Of a stretch of DNA of 64,000 nucleotides, positions 12,865-23,900 are shown piece by piece; the stretch's first letter is position 1; each line of letters opens with the position of its first letter. The translations under genes were made by a program, and so were the position numbers. The DNA is from Macrostomum lignano (lineage: Eukaryota), in NCBI GenBank assembly GCA_002269645.1, contig NIVC01001984.1, positions 152,061 through 216,060 of the forward strand, given 5' to 3'. The notes under the pieces are model-generated. The model ran no database searches and had not been told where the DNA came from. It saw nothing but the letters and a program-made list of their open reading frames with translations.

Positions 12865-15800
12865 CTACTGACTGACATCGACGGTGCTGGCAACTTGATT
12901 TTCAACTCCGGCCGTCACGCCATCCTTAGCTGGCCTAGATTAAAGTTTTTCAATGTTAGGCGAAATCAAAATGAATGTACTGGTTTGAAAAAATGGTTAA
13001 ATGGTAAAAAATTCGGAATCCTTGAAAGGCAGTCGGAGCTCTTGTACGTGACAAAGGTCACATAATAAATGTAAGCGCGTGACCTTGGGATCCTGTCGTG
13101 ATGTGACGATTGACCTTGTAGGCACGCGTTGATTAGGTGGGAAAATGGGACTCTAAGGTATGACCCTAGACGCGTAGATCTCGTGCGTGAATTTAAGTGC
13201 AAGAGCGTGACCTTGAAATCACGCGCTGATTGCGTGTGACTTAAATGTACACTGTAAGCACGTGACCTTGAAACCACATATAGACGGCGTGCTAGAATTC
13301 AATTACCAGCGCTTGACCTTGAGATCACGCGCTGATTGCGAGACCTTGCGAGTTAACGTGAAAACAGAAAATGCGACTGTTCTAGCACGTGACGTGGCCC
13401 GTACAGCTTCAAAAGCTTTGTTTTACTTACGTGTTCATCTGTTTTAGCTTTTCTCGATACTTGTCGCTTTCCAGCCAGAAGGCCTCCACAGGCGGGCCCC
13501 AGTCGGGCGTCTCCTTGAGAGCGGCCGTCAGTCCACCCCGACGCCAGACCTCGTAGATTCCGCAGCAGGGGATGAAGAGCACAGAGCCAACCATCATTAG
13601 CCAGCACATCGCTTCGCCCCAAATGGTGAACGGCTCCGAGTTGTAGCTTGGCGATTGGTACTTGACCAGAGAGAAGATCGCAATGAACTGCGGGTTGGTT
13701 GACGTTTTTTAGTAGGCGCATCGGTGTAGGATCACATGACAAAAAGATGATAAGGGATTTCTGCTTGCAACGCATCCACAATCTACGTCTCGTGGTTTAC
13801 TTAGGCCCTACAAGAGATTGTCTCCCATTTTTAGCCAGAATAGAAAATAGAACTTTGAACCAGCTTGTTAGGACTTAAAAATTCAGAAGTCCTAACTTCT
13901 TCAGGTTCTCAAATTAGCGGTTCCTTAACAGTTTGAAGTAGAAGTGATTGCAAAAAAACTTTTCGGTTTTAAAGTGACCTAGAATAACGCGTAGAATACT
14001 CGTACGTCTTTAACAAGCACGAGAGAAAAGTCACGTGACAAAAGATTAGATCAGCATCGGCAGAATCTTTAAGCAACCTTGCAGCGACCTTGGATCACGC
14101 AGTCAACGCGTGCTTTGACAAAAATTTATTAAAAACTTACCAAAATGAGAGCCGGAGTGATCCCAAACCAACAGGCGATCCAGTAAGGCCCCGGACGGAA
14201 TCCCAGCATCATCTGAATGTCGTTCAGAAAGTTTTTAATCCCGTACAGGTATGAGATTCCGAGCATCTCTACGAGAGCAACAACGAACAGGTTATAGTAA
14301 GCGCAGTAGTCGTTAAGCATTGAGAAATAGTAAATTCCTCCAGGACAGCACATTGGAATGCCAAGCAGAAACATGACAAGGCACACGACTGACTTGAATA
14401 TTGCCTGCTTAGTGAAGTTCTCCTGCAACCAGGGCCACTCGTCCATGCAAGCGGTCAGCACAGTTTCAACCATGGCAAATTGCGAATCGACGCCCAGCGT
14501 TAGGATCATGATGAAGAACAGCACGCTCCAAAGCGGAGCGACGGGCATGGCGGCGAGGCCCTCGGGATAGGCGACGAACGCCAGGCCCGGACCGCTCTTG
14601 GTCACCTCGGCCACCGGCAGGCCCGTCTTGTGCGCCATGAAACCGATCACCGAGAAGATGGCGAAACCGGCGAATATTGACGTGCCGCTGTTGATGCCCG
14701 CTACGATGAGGGCGTCTCTGCAATTGGTAAGTTTGCTTGGTTTTATAGTGCAGTTCGAACTGTGTGCCCCTTTTTTCAACACAATTTGTGCTGTCAACGC
14801 TATTGCGTTGTGTGCCCAAAACTTCCACAAAGTTCAGACCGGTTTTAGAGGTATTAGTGTAGTGTCAGGTGAGATTGTTGCCTTAATTTCTCGTTGTCCA
14901 ACATGTACTCTCTGTGGCTTGGGGTTTGGCTTGTAAGCCCGGGCCGATTTCATGCACAAGTCCCAACACACACGTGGAGATTTAACCCAGGGATATTTTA
15001 GCGCGAAAGAGACTGATGAGTGACGCATTTACCACTGAACTCATCTGCCTTTGTCTTCGGATCTTTAATCAAATATTTAAAGAGAATGCATTCAGTAAAA
15101 TTACATCAAGGTGTTGCCATCATTATTAATTGTCGTTTTTATAAGCGCCGTCATTTTAATAGTAGCAATGACTACTCGTATTTGTTGAAATAAGCGACTC
15201 ACTTGTAGCAATTGTTCCGAAACTTGTTATAACTGGACATGGTCGTCAGGCAGCCGAAGGCGACGCCAAGCGAGTAGAAAATCTGCACCGCCGCCGCAGA
15301 CCAGATCTTGAAAACAAATTTCCAGGAATTGCGGCTTCTAAATAAACACTTAACACCTGCTGTTAAGCAGAGCCAAAACAGATTAATTACCTCAGATGTA
15401 AGTAGCAGGCTGAAGTCCGGTTTCAAGTAGAATATGATGCCCTCCTTGGCGCCCTCCAGCGTTGCGCCGCGGATGAGGAGAATCACCAGCACGAGATAGG
15501 GAAACGTGGCGGTGAAGTACACCACCTGGGGAGGTGAAGGCAGCGCTATATGCAGCGGTATGCATTAACGAGTCCGTCAGCTCAGTAGGGTATTTACAGA
15601 AACTTTCACGACTATAAGATCGGTGTTCCATGAGCTTCACATGTGATTCAGCCTGACAGGTTCTGTCAATCCAGCTATTAATCACGCATTCATCCTGTTA
15701 GATTAATGTGTCAGTATGGTCTCCTCTATCTATATAGTTATATATATACATTTTAGTTGTTAGATAAACTTTCAGAAGATGTATCTAATAGGTAAAAAGT

Positions 15801-18800
15801 TTTTCTTAACACACTGTCTACCTGTTAGACACACTTTCTACCTGTAAGATAAACCCACTACCTGTTACGCTCGTATATAACTCTTCTATCGGTTGGATAC
15901 GTAATTATTTCGCCTGTCAGAGTCGTGACTTCAAGACTATGACCTGACCAATGTAAACACAATTTCAGATGCATAGCTAAAGTACAAACCTTGACCTGAC
16001 CACTGTAAACACAATTTCAGATGCATTGCTAAAGTACAAATCTTGACTTGACCACTGTAAGCACAATTTCAGACGCATTGCTTAAGTACAAACCTTGACT
16101 TGACCACTGTAAGCACAATTTCAGATGCAATGCTAAAGTACAAACCTAGACCTGACCACTGTAAACACAATTTCAGATAGATTGCTAAAGTACAAACCTT
16201 GACTTGACCACTGTAAACACAATTTCAGATGCATCGCTAAAGTACAAACCTTGACCTGACCACTGTAAACACAATTTCAGATAGATTGCTAAAGTACAAA
16301 CCTTGACTTGACCACTGTAAACACAATTTCAGATGCATCGCTAAAGTACAAACCTTGACCTGACCACTGTAAACACAATTTCAGATAGATTGCTAAAGTG
16401 CAAACCTTGACTTGACCACTGTAAACACAATTTCAGATGCAATGCTAAAGTACAAACCTTGACCTGACCACTGTAAACACAATTTCAGATAGATTGCTAA
16501 AGTACAAGCCTTGACCTGACAACTGTAAACACAATTTCAGATGCATCTCAAAAGCACAAACCTTCCCAGAAGTCTTGACTCCCTTGAGCAGGCACGCGTA
16601 GATGATGATCCAGGCCAACAGCAGGCACAAGGTCACGTGCCATTGCGGCGGTCCGATGGGGTCGGACATTTTCTTGATTGCTCCGTTTAAACTGGTGTAG
16701 CCCAGCATCACTCGTCTGCGCAAAGTTAAAAAGTTGAAAGGTTAAACATCAAGTTTCAGGAATGTCAGACAAGAAATTAAAACAAAAATACTGAATCAGT
16801 TTAATTGCACCTTCACTTACTCAAAGTACTGCTCGCTCGGAGTTTGATATTGAGTACAGTTGGTCTTTAAATCCTGGGAGCAGGCCTCCGGATTAGCTGT
16901 TATCGTTTAATCAAGAGTTTGGCTTAGTTTAGCTTGGAAAAGTTATTTACAGGCACTGAACAGTAGTTTGTGAGTAGCATCAGGTGCATATTGCCTTAGA
17001 AAGTAATTTTTCGTTGAAAATGGCGTCATTATCTTTAATGTTCATACCTAAGTCGCTTCTTGGGAAATTCTAAGGACGCCTCAAGATTTCGGTGCTTCCT
17101 TGACAACATCGTGGCACTTACCTGACTGATCTTGGCGCTAGTCTGACCTGATCTTGGCGCTAGTCTGACCTAATCTTGGCGCTAGCCTCACCTGATCTCG
17201 GCGCTACCCTGACCTGATCTTGGCGCCACCCTCACCTAATCTTGCCGCTAGCCTCACCTGATCTTGGCGCTACCCTCACCTGATCTCGGCGCTACCCTCA
17301 CCTGATCTTGGCGCTACCTTGATCTGATCTTGGCGCTACCCTCACCTGATCTCGGCGCTACCCTCACCTGATCTTGGCGCTAGCCTCACCTGATCTTGGC
17401 GCTAGCCTGACCTGATCTTGGCGCTACCCTGACCTTATCTTGGCGCTACTTTGACCTGATCTTGGCGCTACCCTCACCTGATCTTGGCGCTAGCCTCACC
17501 TGATCTTGGCGCTACCCTCACCTGATCTTGGCGCTAGCCTCACCTGATCTTGGCGCTACCTTGATCTGATCTTGGCGCTAGTCTGACATCCCAAATATCC
17601 AAAATCCAAGACGCTTACGATTGAAACCGGCTCTGAGATTCCCGGGCACATTGTGAGTGGCGTTGGTGGTGTTGACGCTGAGGTCCCGGCAGTGAAAGTC
17701 GTTCCAATAGTTGTTGCAATCCGCCCAGGGCACCTTGGAGTTGAATGAGGCGAACAGGTAGAACAGGGCCCAGGCTATGATCACGTTGTAGTAGATGGAG
17801 ACCAGCGCTGAGATGCTGACCATCGCCCAGCCCGTGCCTGCGGGGTGGCGGTTGTTGAGCAGTGAAACTGAGTTTAGCTGAGAAATTGACTGAGTCTTCG
17901 GGATTCTTGGATAGCCAGGGAAGCACTTCGGTTCGCAACTTCCGGAGCAGGGACTTCAGGACTTCAGGAGCTGGGTAGTTGCAACTTCAAAAACAGGAGT
18001 GACCCAGATGAATAGCCTCAGACTAAGTACAACAGAACTTCAGGAACTGGGTAGTTGGAACTTCAGGAACAGGTGTGACCCAGGTGAATAACCCCAGCCT
18101 CAGTCAAACAGAACTTAAGGAACAGGTGTGACCCAGGTAAATAACCCCAGCCTCAGTCAAACAGAACTTCAGGAACAGGTGTGACCCAGGTGAATAACCT
18201 CAGCCTCAGTCCAACAGAGCTTCAGGAACAGGTGTAAACCAGGTGAATAACCTCAGCCTCAGTCCAACAGAACTTCAGGAACAGGTGTGACCCAGGTGAA
18301 TAACCTCAGCCTCAGTCAAACAGAACTTTCAGGAACAGGTGTGACCCAGGTGAATAACCTCAGCCGCAGTCCAACAGAACTTCAGGAACAGGTGTGACCC
18401 AGGTGAATAACCCCAGCCTCAGTCAAACAGAACTTCAGGAACAGGTGTGACCCAGGTGAATAACCCCAGCCTCAGTCAAACAGAACTTCAGGAACAGGTG
18501 TGACCCAGGTGAATAACCCCAGCCTCAGTCAAACAGAACTTCAGGAACAGGTGTGACAGAGGTGAATAACCTCAGCCTCAGTCCAACAGAACTTCAGGAA
18601 CAGGTGTGACAGAGGTGAATAACCTCAGCCTCAGTCAAACAGAACATCAGGAACAGGTGTGACCCAGGTGAATAACCCCAGCCTCAGTCAAACAGAACTT
18701 CAGGAACAGGTGTGACCCAGGTCAATAACCTCAGCCTCAGTCCAACAGAACTTCAGGAACAGGTGTGACTCAGGTGAATAACCTCAGACGCAGTCCAACA

Positions 18801-19809
18801 GATACCTTTCAGCAGCGGGCACGCCTTCCAGATGGTGACGGGGCCGAGGTTGCCGAACTGACCAAACGCCACCTCCATGTAGAACAGCGGCAGGGCGGCG
18901 ACACCCAGCATGATCAGGTAGGGGATCAGAAAGGCACCTCCGCCGTTCTTATAGCACAGGTAGGGGAAGCGCCACACGTTGCCGAGGCCCACGGCGTAGC
19001 CGATGCAGGACAGCAGGAAGTCGAACTGGCCGGTCCAGTTTCCGCGAGCCTCGTTCTCGTCAGCTGCCTCGCCTTCGCCCGCCTGCGGGGCCTCCGCGCT
19101 GTTGGATGCGTTCTGCCGGGTGGGGATAGTGTGGGGAGTGACTTGTAGAGTGACTTGAGGAGTGACTTGTGGAGTGACTTGAGGAGTGACTTGTGGAGTG
19201 ACTTGAGGAGTGACTTGTGGAGTGACTTGTGGAGTGACTTGTGGAGTGACTTGTGGGGTGACTTGTGGAGTGACTTTTAACTTGTGGAGTGACATGCTGA
19301 GTGACATGTGAAGTGACTTGTGGAGTAACTTTTGGAGTGAATTGCGGAGTGACTTGTGGAGTGAACTGGGGAGTGACTTGTAGAGTGACTTGGGCTGTAA
19401 ACTTGTCGAATGACATGTGGAGTGAATTGTGAAGTGACTTTTAGAGTGACATGTGGAGTGACTTGTAGAGTGACTTTTTTAGTGACATGTGGAGTGACTT
19501 GTAGTGTGAAAGCGGAAGATAGAGTGACTGAAAGATGAGAGTGACGGTTTTTCAAGTGCCACTTCCTTAGAGGGATAATGCTAAATGAGACTGACCATTT
19601 CGTTACTATAGTAAACCTATTTTGAAAGATTTTTTTATCGATCAGCAAGTTGCAGGCACCGTATCAGAGTCTGGAGTGAATGTATCGAATTAGGAAGGAA
19701 AGACTTTTCAAGGTCAAATGGAACTCACCATCTGAATGTCGATCTGCTGAGTTCTGAAACGTTGCCCGCAGCTCAACAGACCCGTAAAAGTCTGTGCGAC
19801 TCGTTTCAT
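12865..19809 (-). CDS. SLC6 Na+/Cl- dependent transporter, amino-acid (proline/glycine, PROT/GlyT-like) clade, paralog A, 10 exons
   Basis: Exons read on the - strand, all GT-AG and phase-consistent: 19809(or 19731)-19729, 19112-18806, 17837-17619, 16896-16821, 16715-16562, 15525-15391, 15306-15203, 14717-14141, 13687-13431, 12934-12865. Motifs [68 protein letters not shown]. 633 aa from the last exon-1 ATG, 659 aa from the first. Confidence 0.93.
15940..16561. repeat. 52-bp intronic minisatellite (SLC6-A intron 5)
   Basis: About 12 units beginning at the donor; orthologous to 24673-24975. Confidence 0.9.
17120..17580. repeat. 22-bp intronic minisatellite CCTGATCTTGGCGCTACCCTCA (SLC6-A intron 3)
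   Basis: About 21 units; reverse complement of the 23205-24105 array. Confidence 0.9.
17950..18800. repeat. 53-bp intronic minisatellite (SLC6-A intron 2)
   Basis: GAACTTCAGGAACAGGTGTGACCCAGGTGAATAACC... units; reverse complement of the 21905-22610 array. Confidence 0.9.
19135..19505. repeat. 12-bp intronic minisatellite GTGACTTGTGGA (SLC6-A intron 1)
   Basis: Direct reading; mirrors 21220-21575. Confidence 0.9.
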
Positions 19810-20964
19810 TTTAACAAAAACTGAAATCAATTTTTTCTTAAATCATTTTTGAACCAGTTTTTCAGCGGCTCTTTTTCTGAACCGGAAATTTCCGGATCTC
19901 AAGCAAAGTGGAAATTTTTTTTATTTTTTTGTTATACTCAGTTGCACTTTTGCAAAAGAAAATCAAAGAGCAACAGAACTAAAAATTAAGATACACTCTG
20001 AATGCCGGGTTTTACCATAGACTATTCGCACATAGGCTAATGGAATGAAAAATTCGAATTATCTTCGAGTGTTGACTTCTTTATATTTATACCTTTTCAT
20101 ACATTGCTTTCAATTTGCATTCTGTGCATTCTTAATAATTATTTCACCTTGACGATTCTATTAAAAAAGATCATAAATTATGAATGTTTGTTACCGAATT
20201 TACATATTTATGCGTCGGAAATTTGGTTGACTTCACGCAAGCAGACCAAGACCGGGTCTGTGTCGGTCAGCCATAGCCCCACATCGTTTCTCCACAACAC
20301 TTTCCGTCTACACCTGACCTTAATTATCTTTAATAGAGGTTTTGCCATTAAAATATTTATTAGTCTACTTTACTCAATAGTTTATGCAAGTAAACTAAAT
20401 TTTACATTAACAAGCGAGTTTTCATCTCCTTCTCACTTACTCTTAGTAGGCTAGTTTAGCATTTTTCTTATTTATTTATTCTGTGGCCCAGCTGGTCTTT
20501 TTAATGGCTCAGAGTGTCGTTAAGGTTCAAGTTAGCCCTGGCGAAAGCATTTGACAGATTCATTAAAACTAATCTTCTTGAGATATGCTGGCTCTTGCAG
20601 TCATTGACAAAACTCGGTGGCTAAAGCTATCTGTATTCCATATCTTCCGAATGATATGATATAAAATTATGAACGATATTTAAACTGGTTTGCTGCTAAA
20701 TGTCTAGGGCGAAACTTCTTTTGAAATTTTGCTCTAATTTATTTATTTATTTTGTTTTTCAAAAGTACAAATATGAACTCGGTTAAAACATCTCGTTCAA
20801 TTCTGTTTTTCAGATTCTGAAAATTTAAGTTAAAAAAACCCGCATTTAATAAGTTGTTTGTGTTCTATGTTTTCTTCAACAAAATAAAGAAGAAGCAAGT
20901 TGCAGATTCTGTTACGGGGCTCTTCGGCTGCGTGCAAGGTTTCAGAACTCATTGTCAAGTCCAA
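19810..20964. promoter_or_regulatory. Putative shared bidirectional promoter / 5' region between the divergent SLC6 paralogs
   Basis: About 1.15 kb of AT-rich, repeat-free sequence between the two start codons; contains the palindrome CCGGAAATTTCCGG (19882-19895). Confidence 0.5.
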
Positions 20965-23900
20965 ATGCATATGGTGAGTCACCACTTATACTATAGCACA
21001 TGATTTACCTGTCACTTCACCAAGTGTGAGAGACGGTCAGTAAATTTACCACACCTATGGTTTTTGCGAAACAGTTGTCACTCTTTAAAAACGGTCACTT
21101 CAAATCGGTCAATCAATACAGCGGATACTTTACAACTGTACTTTACAACTGTCACTCTAGAGACAGTCACTGTTATCTACGAGTAAAAGTGTCACTTATT
21201 CCACAGGTTTCCCTCCACAAGTCACCCACAAATCACTCCAAAAGTCACTCCACAAGTCAAAATTCACTCCACAAGTCACTCCACAAGTCACTCCACAAGT
21301 CACTTAACAAGTCACTCCACAAGTCAAAAGTCACTCCACAAGTAACTCCACAAGTCACTTAACAAGTCACTCCACAAGTCAAAAGTCACTCCACAAGTAA
21401 CTCCACAAGTCACTCTACGAGTCACTCCACAAGTCACTCCACAAGTCACTCCACAAGTCACTCTACAAGTCACTCCACAAGTCACTCCACAAGTCACTCC
21501 TCAAGTCACTCCACAAGTCACTCCTCAAGTCACTCCACAAGTCACTCCTCAAGTCACTCTACAAGTCACTCCCCACACTATCCCCACCCGCCAGAACGCA
21601 TCCAACAGCGCGGAGGCCCCGCAGGCGGGCGAAGGCGAGGCAGCTGACGAGAACGAGGCTCGCGGAAACTGGACCGGCCAGTTCGACTTCCTGCTGTCCT
21701 GCATCGGCTACGCCGTGGGCCTCGGCAACGTGTGGCGCTTCCCCTACCTGTGCTATAAGAACGGCGGAGGTGCCTTTCTGATCCCCTACCTGATCATGCT
21801 GGGTGTCGCCGCCCTGCCGCTGTTCTACATGGAGGTGGCGTTTGGTCAGTTCGGCAACCTCGGCCCCGTCACCATCTGGAAGGCGTGCCCGCTGCTGAAA
21901 GGTAACTGAAGTTCTGTTAGACTGAGGCTGAGGTTATTGACCTGGGTCACACCTGTTCCTGAAGTTCTGTTAGACTGAGGCTGAGGTTATTGACCTGGGT
22001 CACACCTGTTCCTGAAGTTCTGTTGGACTGAGGCTGAGGTTATTCACCTGGTCAAACCTGTTCCTGAAGTTCTGTTGGACTGAGGCTGAGGTTATTGACC
22101 TGAGTCACACCTGTTCCTGAAGTTCTGTTGGACTGAGGCTGAGGTTATTCACCTGGGTCACACCTGTTCCTGAAGTTCTGTTGGACTGAGGCTGAGGTTA
22201 TTCACCTGGGTCACACCTGTTCCTGAAGTTCTGTTGGACTGAGGCTGAGGTTATTCACCTGGGTCACACCTGTTCCTGAAGTTCTGTTTGACTGAGCCTG
22301 AGGTTATTCACCTGGGTCAAACCTGTTCCTGAAGTTCTGTTGCACTGAGGCTGAGGTTATTCACCTGGGTCACACCTGTTCCTGAAGTTCTGTTAGACTG
22401 AGGCTGAGGTCATTCACCTGGGTCACACCTGTTCCTGAAGTTCTGTTTGACTGAGGCTGAGGTCATTCACCTGGGTCACACCTGTTCCTGAAGTTCTGTT
22501 AGACTGAGGCTGAGGTTATTCACCTGGTCAAACCTGTTCCTGAAGTTCTGTTTGACTGAGTCTGAGGTTATTCACCTGGGTCACACCTGTTCCTGAAGCT
22601 CTAACTACCCTGTTCCCGTAGCGCCAACTACCCTGTTCCTGAAGCTCCAACTACCAGTTCCTGAAGCTCTAACTACCCTGTTCCTGAAGCTCCAACTACC
22701 CTGTTCCCGTAGCGCCAACTACCCTGTTCCTGAAGCTCTAACTACCTGTTCCTGAAGCTCTAACTACCCTGTTCCTGAAGCTCTAACTACCTGTTCCTGA
22801 AGCTCCAACTACCCTGTTCCTGAAGTCCTGAAGTCCCTGCTCCGGAAGTTGCGAACCGAAGTGCTTCTCCGGCTGTCCAAGAATCCCGAAGCCTCAGTCA
22901 ATTTCTCAGCTAAACTCAGTTTCACTGCTCAACAACCGCCACCCCGCAGGCACGGGCTGGGCGATGGTCAGCATTTCAGCGCTGGTCTCCATCTACTACA
23001 ACGTGATCATAGCCTGGGCCCTGTTCTACCTGTTCGCCTCATTCAACTCCAAGGTGCCCTGGGCGGATTGCAACAACTATTGGAACGATTTTCACTGCCG
23101 GGACCTCAGCGTCAACATCACCAACGCCACTCACAATGTGCCCGGGAATCTCAGAGCCGGTTTCAATCGTAAGCGTCTTGGGTATTGGAAATTTAGGATA
23201 TCAGACTAGCGACAAGACCAGTTCAAGGTAACGCCAAGATAAAATCAGGGTAGCGCCAAGATCAAATGAGGCTAGCGCCAAGTTCAGGTGAGGCTAGCGC
23301 CAAGATCAGGTCAGGGTTGCGCCAAGATCAGGTGAGGCTAGCGCCAAGATCAGGTGAGGGTAGCGCCAAGATCAGGTGAGGCTAGCGCCAAGATCAGGTG
23401 AGGGTAGCGCCAAGATCAGATGAGGCTAGCGCCAAGATCAGGTGAGGGTAGCGCCAAGGTCAGGTGAGGCTAGCGCCAAGATCAGGTCAGGGTTGCGCCA
23501 AGATCAGGTGAGGGTAGCGCCAAGATCAGATCAAGGTAGTGCCAAGATCAGGTGAGGGTAGCGCCAAGTTCAGATCAAGGTAGTGCCAAGATCAGGTGAG
23601 GGTAGCGCCAAGATCAGATCAAGGTAGCGCCAAGATCAGATCAAGGTAGAGCCAAGATCAGGTGAGGCTAGCGCCAAGATCAGATCAAGGTAGCGCCAAG
23701 ATCAAGTGAGGCTAACGCCAAGATCAGGTGAGGGTAGCGCCAAGATCAGGTGAGGGTAGCGCCAAGATCAGGTGAGGGTAGCGCCAAGATCAGGTGAGGG
23801 TAGCGCCAAGATCAGGTGAGGCTAGCGCCAAGATAAAATCAGACTAGCGCCAAGATCAGATGAGGCTAGCGCCAAGTTCAGGTGAGGCTAGCGCCAAGAT

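Noticed and set aside
18753-19307. N-terminal (QVTP)n extension of the SLC6 protein
   Set aside because: Read-through into the intron 1 12-bp array; a proper acceptor (cag|AAC) and an upstream ATG exon exist in both paralogs.
12865-19809. One SLC6 copy being a pseudogene
   Set aside because: All splice sites and phases are intact in both copies, with no internal stops.
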